From positions 1,426,001 through 1,490,000 of the forward strand of contig CATNEN010000031.1 of assembly GCA_950097015.1 (NCBI GenBank): 64,000 bases of DNA, in the 5' to 3' direction. The notes beneath the pieces are model-generated. The model was not told the DNA's origin and did not search any database. It was given only the letters and a program-made list of their open reading frames with translations. Each line of letters starts with the position of its first letter. The first letter of the stretch is position 1. Both the position numbers and the translations under genes were made by a program. The stretch is from Macrostomum hystrix. Taxonomy: Eukaryota; Animalia; Platyhelminthes. Shown piece after piece: positions 1 through 13,311 of the stretch.

Positions 1-3000
1 TGATAGAATGAATGCGACTGGAGTTGTTGCTGTTGCTGCTGATGCAACGGCGGCTGTTGAAGCTGCAGCTGCGGTAGCACAGCCACCTCGTCGACCTCCG
101 GCTCGGCCGCAGCAGCGTCCCAGGAGTTGCGAGGCGGGCTAGAACCGACCGAGCTCAGCTCCGGATTGGATGCCGATAGCGGACTGGTGGAGCCTAACGA
201 CTGCTCAGAGGCGTACCTGTCAGCCGAATTGGGGCCATGATTTTTGTAGGGGTCAGAGAATTGACCAGTTAGGGGTCAGAGAATTGACCAGTTAGGGTCA
301 GAGAATTGACCAGTTAGGGGTCAGAGAATCGACCAGTTAGGGTCAGAGAATTGACCAGTTAGGGTCAGAGAATTGACCAGTTAGGGTCAGAGAATTGACC
401 AGTTAGGGTCAGAGAATTGACCAGTTAGGGTCAGAGAATCGACCAGTTAGGGTCAGAGAATTGACCAGTTAGGGTCAGAGAATTGACCAGTTAGGGTCAG
501 AGAATTGACCAGTTAGGGTCAGAGAATCGACCACTTAGGGTCAGAGAATCGACTAGTTAGGGGTCAGAGAATTGACCAGTTAGGGTCAGAGAATTTACCA
601 GTTAGGGGTCAGAGAATTGACCAGTTAGGGGTCAGAGAATTGACCAGTTAGGGTCAGAGAATTTACCAGTTAGGGTCAGAGAATCGACCACTTAGGGTCA
701 GAGAATCGACCAGTTAGGGGTCAGAGAATTGACCAGTTAGGGTCAGAGAATTTACCAGTTAGGGGTCAGAGAATTGACCAGTTAGGGTCAGAGAATTTAC
801 CAGTTAGGGGTCAGAGAATTGACCAGTTAGGGGTCAGAGAATTGACCAGTTAGGGGTCAGAGAATTGACCAGTTAGGGGTCAGAGAATTGACCAGTTAGG
901 GGTCAGAGAATTGACCAGTTAGGGGTCAGAGAATTGACCAGTTAGGGGTCAGAGAATTGACCATTTAGGGGTCAGAGAATTGACCTGTTAGGGGTCAGAG
1001 AATCAATCAATCAATATTGAACGTCAAGCTTAAAATAGAAGACAAAACACGATACAGGGAAGATCGTTGCAACCGTAAACTATCTACAAATAATAATCAG
1101 TTGACTTCGAAAAAGAAGAAGAAAGAGCTTCATCACAGAAGTAACTCAGCCACTCAAAAATACTGTCACATTACACCAGAATAAAAAAACTGTTGAGCTT
1201 AAATGATGTGTGTTGGGATTGTTTTTGTTTGTATTACCCTTTGACTGCAAGCACCCTGGGTGGTAGCAGACAAGTTCTTCTGATTTGAAAATAAAAGTTA
1301 GTAGTAAATTTCATTGAATAAAAACAAGGCTTTGTGAATCCAATCGAATTGTCAATTATGCTATCATTTGAACTACACTCACCTGTAACGCTGGGTCACA
1401 GCTTTGCGGCGTCGCTCCTGTTCCTTCTTGAGTTTGCTCATCACCAGATTCATGTCGGCGAAGCTTGCGTTCACCTCACTGAGGTTGCCGGCGCTAATTG
1501 ACCTGGGGAGGAGAGTGGGGATTTAGCATTAGCGGAATTGAGATTAGATGAGTTCGGATTAGGCAAGTCGGAATTTAGGGATTGGGATTTTGATTCAGGA
1601 TCAAGATTGGTTAGTTCGAATTAGGGATTAGGGATTAGGTGAGACTGGATTAGAGAGTCGGGAATGAGGAGTAGGAGAGCTGGGATTTAGGAGTAGGAGA
1701 GTTGGTATTCAGGATTAGGAGAGTTGGTATTCAAGATTAGGAGAGTTAGGATTCGGGATTAGGAGAGTTGGTATTCAAGATTAGGGGAGTTGGGATTCAG
1801 GATTAGGGGAGGTGGTATTCAGGATTAGGGGAGTTGGGATTCGGGTTTCGGAGAGTTGGGATTCAGGATTAGGGGAGTTGGGATTCAGGATTAGGGGAGG
1901 TGGTATTCAGGATTAGGGGAGTTGGGATTCGGGTTTCGGAGAGTTGGGATTCAGGATTAGGGGAGTTGGGATTCGGGATTAGGGGAGTCAGGATTAGGAG
2001 AGTCGGAACTTAGAATTAGGGAAGTTAGGATCCAGAATTAGGGCTGCTGGGATTCGGAAATAATCGATTCTTGATTCGGGAAGTTTGGACATGTGTGCTA
2101 AGCTAGGAACACTTGCTGGTTGAATCAAACCAAGACGCTGTAAGCAAGGCAATTATATATATTTAATTGAAAACGTGAGCATGCAAGCAAATTAAACCCA
2201 TCATGTAGAACAGTGAGCCGCATGCAAATTGCATTCTTTACCTTTTAATTGGAAAATTATATCAAAAGATCAAGTCCGCTAAGGTGTTCAAATAGAAAAC
2301 TTATTTTGAAAAATTAATGACAGAAACCTGAACAAAGACTTCCATGGCTTGGTTAGATAAGATTCTAGCTTCAGCATGCGACTAAAAGATTAGGAGGGTG
2401 GAACTTAGAACAAGCATTTCGCTAAGGGATGCAATGAAATACTCATTCTATATATTAGGATAACGCACAAAGGCTGACTCACTCAGACAGGCATTCGTCT
2501 CGATAGCCTGAGCTGGCCGCTCCGCTTCTTAGATCTTCTTCGCCACCAGGCGTAAATAAGGACGCCATAGCAACCACGGGATCGCGAATTGTTGTAGCGT
2601 AGCCAAGGCTGGTGCTAGTGAGGCCTGGAGCGCCTGATGAGGCGGAGGACAGTGGCCTGCCCATCCGATTGTACATTCCCTGGGCTGCGGCGTTCCTGAC
2701 AAGCTTCACCGTCTCCAGGGCCTTTAGATTATCCGCGCTGGAGTGATGGGAGGCAGAGGGTTCGGACTTATATATTATATTTGAAAACAACCAATCAGAG
2801 CAATTTACGCACTTACAAACATTTACTGCTCGGACCAATCAAAGAATCACACGCTTATAAGGTCCTGAACAGTCAGAGAATCACAGAATCCAATCATCCC
2901 GACTAATCAGAGAACTACACGCCTTTACTGTCCTGACTAATCAGAGAACTACACGCCTTTACTTTTTTAACCAATCAGAGAACTACACGCCTTTACTGTC

Positions 3001-5675
3001 CTGACTAATCAGAGAACTACACGCCTTTACTTTTTTAACCAATCAGAGAACTACACGCCTTTACTGTCCTGACTAATCAGAGAACTACACGCCTTTACTG
3101 TTCTAACCAATCAGAGAACTACACGCCTTTACTGTCCTGACTAATCAGAGAACTACACGCCTTTACTGTTTTAACCAATTAGAGAACTACACGCCTTTAC
3201 TGTTTTAACCAATCAGAGAACTACACGCCTTTACTGTTCTAACCAATCAGAGAACTACACGCCTTTACTGTTCTAACCAATCAGAGAACTACACGCCTTT
3301 ACTGTCCTGACTAATCAGAGAACTACACGCCTTTACTGTTTTAACCAATTAGAGAACTACACGCCTTTACTGTTCTAACCAATCAGAGAACTACACGCCT
3401 TTACTGTTCTAACCAATCAGAGAACTACACGCCTTAACTGACCTGACCAATTAGAGAAGTACACGCCTTAACTGACCTGACCAATCAGAGAAGTACACGC
3501 CTTAACTGACCTGACCAATCAGAGAAGTACACGCCTTAACTGACCTGACCAATCAGAGGAGTACACGCCTTAACTGACCTGACCAATCAGAGAAGTACAC
3601 GCCTTAACTGACCTGACCAATCAGAGAAGTACACGCCTTAACGGATTTGACTAATCAGAAAGCTCACATTCTATGATCGCCACCAATTCGCGCCGAGCTC
3701 ATTTCTAGTTCGCTCATCAGACTTTGCTCGTAAGGCGGCGGGACAGCCGGCGCGTGCATCGGCAATAGCTGACCGCCTCCAGCAGCAGCGGCGGCGGCTG
3801 CAGCAGCGGCAGCCACAGCGGCTGCGGTGGCGGCGGCATTAGCCGAGCCAGCCGGCATAGCAAACAGGTGAGCCCCAGCCGCGCCAAGTCGAAGCGATTT
3901 TTGACGCTTCTTCAGGGTTCGAATTTCCTGCTGGGCTTCGTCCAGCATGCCGAGGCATTCGTCATAGCGATCGTGCAGATCGCCCAGCTCGCCAGTTAGT
4001 GCGCGCTGAGCATTCTGAGCCTCGCGCAGTCGAGTCTCCAGCAGGTCGCGCTCCATGCCAATCTGAAATGCGCGAGTATTTTGCATCTGCCGAAATGGTT
4101 GGCCCTAGCAGCCGTATGGTCCCGAGTTCGACAACCTTTTTTAACGAACAACTTACCCGCTTAATTTTGCTCTCCAGTTCGATATTCTTGGTGAGCAATT
4201 GTGTGATCTCAGTCTGCTGTGCGATGTACAGGTCTGTCTTCTGATTGAGATTGTCTGACAGGCCTTTGATGTGCATGTTGGCATCGGCCAGCTGCCTGAT
4301 GCAGTCCTTCACCAGGGCGGTCTCACGCTCCTCCATGCCCTCGGTGTCGTGGCTGAGTCGGGACTTCTCTAGCCGCAGCTGCATGTTCTCCTCCTCCAGC
4401 TGCTTCACCTTGCGCTCCAGATTGGTCAGATGAATGCCAGCCACGCTGCCAACTGATTGGCTGAGAGGTTCACTGGTGGAGGGAAGGAATGTACATGTCA
4501 GGGAAGGAATGTACATTCTAGAAATTGTTATACATTCTAAAAATTGAATGTACATTCTAGAAATTGAATGTACATTCTAGAATTTAAATGTACCTTCTAG
4601 AAAGGAATGTGCTTATTAAGAAAGGTTTGTACATATCAGGAAAGGTATGTACATATCAGGAAAGGAATGTACATATCAGGAAAGGAATGTACATATCAGG
4701 AAAGGAATGCTAAGAGTCTCAGACCTGTCGCCAGCGGTAGGACTAGTGCTATCTGGTTCCTCATTTTGAGCATAGATAGCAAGCAGCTCCTCTTTCAGGT
4801 GCAGATCGTGTCTCAGTTGAGCGACCTGAGAATTGAAATTCATAAAAAGCCACTGATTTTATGTGTATAAAGTTAGGAATGAAAATTGAGTCGATAAAAT
4901 TTTCGTCTATACTACTTACAGCGTCCCGCTCCAGAGTAAGCTGCTCTTCGATTATGTCGCATTTGGCTTGCAATTCGCGATTTTTCTCTAATAGCTCCTT
5001 ACCGATGCGGGCCGCCAGCTCCAAGTCTGTCTCGCGCTGATAAAATTTGATTGTCAATTTTATTAGTATTATAGTATGTCAATTATTTCTTTGATAAACT
5101 GATAATAATATCATTCAGAAATAATTTTTTGTATCTGCATGACAAACTAGAAAAGCGAACAGATGAACCGAATGAACAACTGAATAAAAAGCGGAATGAG
5201 AAACTGAAGCAATTGAATAAGAGACTGGAGAAAATGAATTAAAATCTGAAGCAACTGACTGAAAAAATATAAACAACGAAAGAAAACTGAAAAGGATTCG
5301 GAAAGACAAAGACCAAAAATATATTAACACACAGCAAACGTTAGTGAGCTCACAGAACAATGCTCACCTCCTCCAACAGTCTGGTGACCGCCTCAATGTC
5401 ATGATATGCCTTAGTCATCTGGCTGATTCTCAGGCCGCACAGTAGAAAATAATCCAAAGACTTGCTAATCTGCTCATAGGTTAGGCTCTCGTTAGCCGCT
5501 TTCCTATCGGCTGTGATAGAAGCGCGCCTATGCCTAGGCGATACGTCTATCCAGTCCTTGTGCTCATAACCGGTCAGCTCAACTAGCCGATCGGCGCGCA
5601 ATTTGTATCTGGGCAGCGACTCTGTTACTAGGCTGACTAGTTCGACTTCGGCCAAATTTTCGTTGCTGTGAACAT
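1..5675 (-). CDS. TRAK1: TRAK/Milton kinesin-mitochondria adaptor (HAP1_N family). Coding exons, 5' to 3': 5675-5368, 5036-4920, 4825-4725, 4472-4157, 4062-3668, 2737-2483, 1502-1383, 216-<1. First coding exon not located; 3' end runs off the window.
   Basis: The spliced translation contains DVHSNENLAEVELVSLVTESLPRYKLRAD, MTKAYHDIEAVTRLLEE/RETDLELAARIGKELL, VAQLRHDLHLKEELL and AQRALTGELGDLHDRYDECLGMLDEAQQEIRTL, which are recognisable TRAK/HAP1_N motifs. All seven internal introns are GT-AG with matching phases (0,0,2,0,2,2,2) and no in-frame stops. The paralog assignment (TRAK1 vs TRAK2 vs milton) cannot be made. Confidence 0.9.
249..1002. repeat. 22/23-bp minisatellite (tcagagaattgaccagttaggg)n, TRAK intron
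   Basis: Direct reading; about 34 units. Confidence 0.97.
1560..2060. repeat. Degenerate ~21-bp G-rich minisatellite (ggattaggggagttgggattc)n, TRAK intron
   Basis: Direct reading. Confidence 0.9.
2870..3660. repeat. 34-bp minisatellite (ccaatcagagaactacacgcctttactgttctaa)n, TRAK intron
   Basis: Direct reading; period 34 (2971 to 3005). Confidence 0.97.
4485..4710. repeat. 20-bp minisatellite (aaggaatgtacatatcagga / aattgaatgtacattctaga), TRAK intron
   Basis: Direct reading. Confidence 0.9.
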
Positions 5676-6559
5676 CTGTGTGGACAGCGGAAATACTATT
5701 GAGCGGTTCGAGTTAATATCACAGTGCTAGATGCGATGTAACCACAGCTTTGGGCGTGAATTGAATTCAGACCTGAGACTGAGAATTATATTTAGCTGGC
5801 TCACACACGCGCACGCAGAATGTGCAAAAACAAATATTAGCTCCTAATTGGACACGCGCGGTTGCTATGAGGAGTACTCAAACAGTTGACTAGAGAGAGG
5901 GGCCGGAGAAAAAAAACCAGAAAAGGGCGATTAGTTAGTAACTATGTAGGACAGGGTGAGTAAGAATTGTATATTAGAATATCTATCAGAGAAGCCAGGA
6001 GTGAGAGTGTGAGTTGATGCACAAAGAGTGAGCTAGCCAGCACAGTTAGAGTACAGTTAATTTATCAGATTACCTGTGTGCTACAGTGCTCGCTTATCAA
6101 TAAAAATTATATTCCTATGTTTACATGCGGCTTCTAAATACAAAAAGTACTTTTAAATGGCAATTCTCACGAACTGCAGACAGCATAAATGTGTTGATGT
6201 TACAAATTATTTAAATATCGTTATAAATGTCTAGAGACTTTCCTGGAAAAGGGTTACCCCTCTCTGATTGGACTTTAGAAGAAACTGCCAATCATAACCC
6301 AGCTTCAATCGTCACCAATTCAACATTTATCAATTCTTTTGAAATGTTAGGTCACTCAAAGAAAATAGAAAATAGGCGGCATAGAAAATTGTTAAAGTGA
6401 AGCTAATTAAAAGCATTCAAAGCTAATAGAGCAATCAGCAGCATATTTTATAGTGCATACTCTTCAAAAGCAGATAAGGATTAGAAATTTACACACTGCA
6501 TATTAACAGTACTACTGCGATAAGTAGAGTAGTGGAGTGAGAAGGTTATTATGACAAAA

Positions 6560-6900
6560 ATGATAAAAACTATAGAAAGAGAATACAAAAGCCATTGGGA
6601 TACATTTGGACTATTGACAAATGAAGAATGTAAAGGCATTATTGGAGTGGAGAAAAAAGTAAATGATTAAAGATGAACTTAGATTCAAAATAAGGATCAA
6701 GACAATAAACAAAGGGAAAACTCATTATCTGGACCTAAGACTAAGATAAGGGATGTGTATATTCTAGACACTTCCAAAATAAACAATAAATTTCACACAT
6801 CCAAGATGTCATCTGCCTATACAACAATGGACACATTGCACACAAAAGAAAATGAAAGGCAAAGATTGTTATAATAGATTAATCAGTGCTGATAAGTTAG
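6560..6900 (+). mobile_element. Possible heavily decayed Penelope-like reverse transcriptase remnant
   Basis: A stop-interrupted frame gives WDTFGLL...ELRFKIRIK...HYLDLRL...INFTHPRCH, loosely matching the order YVDDTF / IKFT / FLDV / LHF-S-HP of Penelope RTs. Recognised by eye only. Confidence 0.3.
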
Positions 6901-9900
6901 AAGTTTGTATTAGCTTCAAAAGCATATTAAGAGAGGGTTAAGTTACAAGAAAATAACACTGACACTACTGAAGATTTTGTCACAAAGATAAGCTTAGCTA
7001 TGCTTCAAGTTAAATGTTCAGCTAATTAATACCTAGAGTGTAGGGCTGAACCTAAAAGAAAAATAATTAAATTTAAATTAAAATTCAATAAACGATAGTA
7101 AAATGGTACATAAGCTAGGCAACTGAACTCTAAAAGCATGCCCCAATTTGGCTCAAATATTTGCTTACATAACTATATAACTATATATAACTTATATAAC
7201 TAACAAGACAAGCATAAATACAAAAACTATATAGCTAAAGAAAGTAAATAACAACTAGCAAAACAAATATAGGCCTAATATAAAATATTATATTAATTAT
7301 TTTAAAACCAAAAAACACTTACCAGTCAGAGTTCCTACATCACTAGTTGGTGTACTCATGAATTCTCAAAGAGCACACATTGAGCTGAGTATTAATCTAG
7401 ACACTGTTATGTTGCAACCAAACAGATTCTGGCCTCAGGAAACTGCAATGGTGAGATTTGAACTTAATAACACCAAATTGATAGCTACAAAAAAGGATAA
7501 ATCACTAAGATAACTTAAAAATATATGACATGATAATAAACTTATTAGCTTGTAACTTTCTCTAGAATGACAAAGAACTGTAAGTTTATATATAAATTAG
7601 GCCTAAGTTGCAAAACTATCTGACAAAATAAACTATGTTCATAGCTTTGTAAAATTCATTGGTCACTGTTTTATTTAAATACAATGTCTGAACAAAATGG
7701 TTTGTTATTAGCTAGCTATTTTGAAATTAAATTCTTTTTACACTTAAAACCTTTAACTATTTGAGACTCACTTGAACGAGTATCTCTGGAGCCACCTCTT
7801 TCCAGAGAAAACGTTTGGCAACTTCCTCTACTGGGTTGCCCATTACTATTGATTGTTTAATACATCCTTTTAAAACTTTTAACTCTGTTGTTTTAACTTC
7901 CACGCATGCCATTTTAACTTTTAAAAGGTTTTAAATGTAAAAATAATTTAACGTAGCAAGCCAGGAGTTTGTGGAAATATCTTTAATTAAATTCAAAGGG
8001 GTGTACTTTATAGGTGGAAGCAATTTATCTTTAGGCTATGTAAAATTCTATAGCATATTTATTTATGTATGTCAATAATGCCTTGTAAATATATCATAAA
8101 TATATGAGTACCATTAAAAATAACTGTCATTAGGGCCTATACTGTTTAAATATGGTTTAAATGAAATGTTGCATATAAACGTAACTGTACTCATGATGTA
8201 CGTTTTGTAGGGGTTTTGTATGTTTGTATTTGTCTCTAAAATATTCGGAGATAAATTGTCAAAATTTATGTCATAGATAAAGTAAATATTTTGTAAAAGT
8301 TAATTGAAATTCAAATATGTAAACTAAAATAGTAAAAAGTAAATAATGTTATCAATATTATTTTCAGAGTAAAAGGTAATACGAAATTAACGTTTATCTT
8401 ATAAAATTAAACTGTTAGTAATCTATGTATAAGCCTAAAAGAATGTATAAATAGCGACTTGGATTGATTGTTGCATAAAAAAGTAAGATTCCACGAAACA
8501 TGAAAATTTACGACACATTTGAACTGAACTCTGACTTTCTTGATTAAACCAAAGTTTTTAGACTAATAATTAGTATAGGAAACAAACTAAAAATTCAGCA
8601 ATCAATTACTTAAACATTTTAATTAGGTAGGCTTATGCTGTTAATTATTTACTCAGATTCTTTTTAAACAAAAGAGCACGTTTGTACTTGTTGTACTTTA
8701 TAAAACTTCAAAAGCATAAGTACATAAGTGCATAAGTACATTAATGTACACGCAAGAACCACTGTAGCGTAATTCAAAGTATAAAACATGTGAAAATGAG
8801 TAATTTTTTGGAGGAATAGTATTAATACTACAATAGTCGTTGTGTACATTTGCATATTTTTTAAACGGCTTTTTCTGTTCTCGTTTTTTGAGGATTCTAG
8901 ACAAATTTATTTTAGTAAGCTATAACTTTAATGGGTAGGAAAACTCTGCAAGTACTGTCAGCGAAAGTCAATCGACTGACTACTTAGGCTTTTTATATAC
9001 TATTCGTGCTATACTAAGTTTAAACAACAATTTAAATAGGCCTGGTGTTGCGCTGTTAGATTATAATTTGTGCTTTGTGCCGATTAACTAGATTGTAATT
9101 ACAAGCAATAAGCGGAAACGGCTGCGGTTTTTTGGGATAAAACGAACATTTTTCTGTAAAATGTTAGCAGACATAACGACGAACCGTCTATTTTCATTAG
9201 AGAAATTTTAGAACCAGTATACGATTACGGGACAAAACGAACTAGAAAAAACTACGAAGTTTCTTCGTACTTTTCGGCAGTCTACGACTTTTCGGCAGGT
9301 CTGCAATTCGTTATGCCAATTTGTGATCGAAGATCTAGTGTCAATGTACTTTCTGAACTTTCAGAAAGACTTTCAGTAAATTTGTAAATCATGCAGAGAA
9401 CTTTTTGAGGCATAAACAGTTTTTCAAATCTTATATAGGTAAATAATGCGCGGCTTCGGAAAACAATCTCAAATTTTGGGAGAGTAGCCTCCAGCATTTG
9501 AATTGAAGGTTTTATAAAGCATTGGTTTTTCATTTTTTTTGTCAGAAACTATTTTAAAAAGCTTTATTGCCTTCGCTTATAAAAACCTTCAACAAGCATG
9601 TGACTGACTCCTGACGGACGAGAAAATTCATAATGAAATTGAAGGAACAATATGTTGATTGTACTCGCGAAAATGTGTATTACACATAAACTATGGTTTT
9701 GCAGCAACGAATTATTTAGTCAGTAAAGTTAAAATAAAATTCTTTTTTAGATGCATATATCTAAAGGTACTGATATTAATAATAGTTTTTGTTACCAGTG
9801 GATCTGGACACATTGTACTCTCTATAAGTATCTTACAATAGTCGCAATTAGCTATAGATACAGTAGAAGGTTCGATTTTTGTATGCAAAAGGATCTCTCT

Positions 9901-11244
9901 GTCTCTCTGCCGTAGGCAACATAGCTCGTATAATATTTAGCTGTCGATGAATAGAAAACTGACTATTATAAATATTTTATGAAAAGCTCGTCCCTTTTCC
10001 AGGAATGAATTAGCCGAATGAAATAACCCTCTCACTTCGGCGCTGAAGCTGAGCCGGAGTCTAAATAAATGCTTATAAGTACTCGCTGCACTTTAACAGA
10101 ATGAGTACGAAGCAGTTTTTTGCCTGTTTCAGCACCATTTAAGGGGCGAATTTCCCCTGAATTTTATTCGCTGCGCCTGAATTCGTTGCGCCACGCCGCC
10201 AGTGAATTCAAGTACTTCACTTGAAGACAGACATTTTTATCTTGAATTTAATTAGAAGAGTTTATTTAGAACTTCCGACTTGATGATGGCCATGCCAGTA
10301 GACACCGAAGGCTGAGATGATGGGCGAACACACCTGGTCGTCTAGCTAATGAAGTTTAAACGCTTGGCCAGCCTGTTATTCTGAGGCGCAAGCAATGACC
10401 ACCAGGAGTAAAAGGATGGAAAACGACGTTTCTTAGAAACCGTTTTGGGAACGTTTTTAGCCGAAAAATACACTGCGGAGATATATAGGACATTAAAACT
10501 TTTCTGCGCAAGTTTTGTGTTTGATTGCAGTCGGATCAAAGGCGTTTCATCGATTTCTGTTCGGCGTTATTTGAAAAAAATTGATTTGATATTATTTTTG
10601 CACAGGATTGTATATAGATATTAGAAAAATAGAGAAAACGGACTTTCCGTCGAACAATTGAGCACGCTGACGTTGTGAGAGTTGTTGGCGGCGTGATAAT
10701 TGTCACGAGTGTCACGACGAGCCGGCAGTGGCGATCTAAAGACAGAAATATAAAATCCTGTAGTTCGGTAAATTTTTCAATCTAAACCCATGTTTAAAAA
10801 ATTAAGAAGCTTTGCAAGTTCGCATTGAATTTAGTTTTTTTCAATGCTCAGATCAGCGGCAAAAATAATTGATCGCAGTGCAATGAGTCTAGCTAGGGAT
10901 ATGACATCCATTAGCGAGGACAGCTACATGACGGACAGCAGCCCTTGAATGTTTTCTCATGTCCCAGAAGCATAGCTGTGAGCTAAAAATATGCGCATTC
11001 TGCATGTCCTAACACTTCAAATCAACTGCGAAAAAGGTGCACACAAGTTGATTGCTCTTCAAAATTGATATTCGTTAATGCCAGATGTGACGACCTCAAA
11101 GTCTGACAGTCTTCAGCTGTTCATCGATTGCTGTTTAAAGTGGAGCAACTTAAAAGGGCTTTTACGCTAGGCGATATCTGAAAAAACTGTACGCCTACAT
11201 AGAAAGAAGCGACATTCCGATTTGGGAAAGGCATACTAAAGGCT

Positions 11245-11358
11245 GACACAGAGACAGACAGACGTACCGACAGGCAGAAGCCATTCTTTCTGTCTGCTAT
11301 TCGATTCCGCCAGTCTCAGTTCTCTCCCTATAGCGCAGACAGACAGACAGACATAGGC

Positions 11359-11435
<77 letters not shown>

Positions 11436-11590
11436 TAGGCAGACAGACAGACAGACAGGCAGACAGACACACGTAAAGACGGACAGACAGACAGACACAC
11501 GGACAGACATGCAGACAGACACACGGACAGACATGCAGACAGACACACGTAAAGACGGACAGACAAGCAGAGAGACAGACAGACAGACAG
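11245..11590. repeat. (GACA)n microsatellite, interrupted at 11280-11336
   Basis: Direct reading. Confidence 0.95.
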
Positions 11591-12333
11591 CTTTCATCTT
11601 TGAAGCTGGGCTAGTTGTGTGCAGTTTATCAAACAAGAACCAAAAAGTAAGTGCTGGTAGACACGTATGCAGCTGTCAAAAAACACGCGCTCACAGACAA
11701 TCACATAAAATCATGGCGCGCTTTCCTCAGAGCAAAGTGTACTCAGAGCACTTCATGAGCTCAGGCAGTTTGACTGCTTGCCGAATCGTCATCGACACGG
11801 CATTGGCTGGGGTCGGGGGATGGGTTGAGAATCACGGGGTCCGGGATGGAAATCGCGGCCGCGCTATAGGGAGAGAACTGAGACTGGCGGAATTGAATAG
11901 CAGACAGAAAGAATGGCATTTTCACTTGGCCCTCTATAGCTACCTGTCGTCCTACAGTTTTTATTTTCACTGCCAGGTAGTATCAAGAGCTCAGCTGGCT
12001 GACCTAGGCTAAACTAAAATAACTCAGTTGAATACGTTGAGTAGTTAGCATTTGAGCAGTCTTTCCTAAAGCAGCGAGAGAGGAATAAGAGCTAAGATTT
12101 CTACAGACAGACTGAAAGAAAGACTGAACGACAAAATCGGAGACCAGGGATTTAGACGACAAAAGAGTAGCAGCAGTAGCAGCAGCAGTTACCTGCCTAA
12201 AACTCCCTCGGTCAGTAACATTTCGTAAATCCATCGCTTCTCATATCCTCGTGAGTTTTTTTAATCGAATAGATTTTCAATTGATTTTAGGTAACACTGA
12301 ATTCAGAATCATGAAAATGCAGACGATGACAAT

Positions 12334-13030
12334 GCGAATCTACCAGCTGAGCTATTAGCGAATCTACCAGCTGAGCTATTAGCGAATCTACCAGCTGAGC
12401 TATTAGCGAATCTTCCAGCTGAGCTATTAACGAATCTACCAGCTGAGCTATTAGCGAATCTACCAGCTGAGCTATTAGCGAATCTACCAGCTGAGCTATT
12501 AGCGAATCTTCCAGCTGAGCTATTAACGAATCTACCAGCTGAGCTATTAGCGAATCTACCAGCTGAGCTATTAGCGAATCTACCACCTGAGCTATTAGCG
12601 AATCTACCAGCTGAGCTATTAGCGAATCTACCAGCTGAGCTATTAGCGAATCTTCCAGCTGAGCTATTAACGAATCTACCAGCTGAGCTATTAGCGAATC
12701 TACCAGCTGAGCTATTAGCGAATCTACCACCTGAGCTATTAGCGAATCTACCAGCTGAGCTATTAGCGAATCTACCAGCTGAGCTATTAGCGAATCTTCC
12801 AGCTGAGCTATTAGCGAATCTACCAGCTGAGCTATTAGCGAATCTACCAGCTGAGCTATTAGCGAATCTTCCAGCTGAGCTATTAGCGAATCTACCAGCT
12901 GGGCTATTAACGAATCTACCACCTGAGCTATCAGCGAATCTACCAGCTGAGCTATTAGCGAATCTACCAGCTGAGCTATTAACGAATCTACCACCTGAGC
13001 TATTAGCGAATCTACCAGCTGAGCTATTAG
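12334..13030. repeat. 24-bp minisatellite (gcgaatctaccagctgagctatta)n
   Basis: Direct reading; explains the DSLIAQLV ORF. Confidence 0.97.
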
Positions 13031-13311
13031 GAAATATTATAATTAAACACTTCTTAGAAATGTACTTTAAAATTTACAATTACTACTTATACTCGTACGC
13101 TTGTATAAGGCTCCAGTAAAACAGTAAGCAGTTCGAGTATCTAAGATCATCTAGGCTTGAGCAGTCGTGAGGATTCGAGCAGCAAAAACGGAGGATCCGC
13201 GGGGACTTATCTAATCAGTCCAGGTCGCTTCCTCACGTCCCCATCCCCATAAAAATCCCGTCCGACTCTGAGTAGCGGTCCAGCGAGCTCCTCCTAGAAG
13301 CAGGCGGACCA

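Noticed and set aside
6961-7005. Decayed Penelope-type minimal hammerhead (ctgaaga-ttttgtcacaaa-gata-agctt)
   Set aside because: GAAA is replaced by GATA and stem I does not pair; too degenerate to claim.
10278-10320. C/D box snoRNA (TGATGA...CTGA)
   Set aside because: The boxes are only ~30 nt apart, with no terminal stem or recognisable guide.
11977-12250. + strand coding exon upstream of the Piccolo-like ATG
   Set aside because: Splice-like sites exist (ccag at 11976, gtgagt at 12251), but the most plausible frame is bounded by stops. It could be a UTR exon; no support is available.
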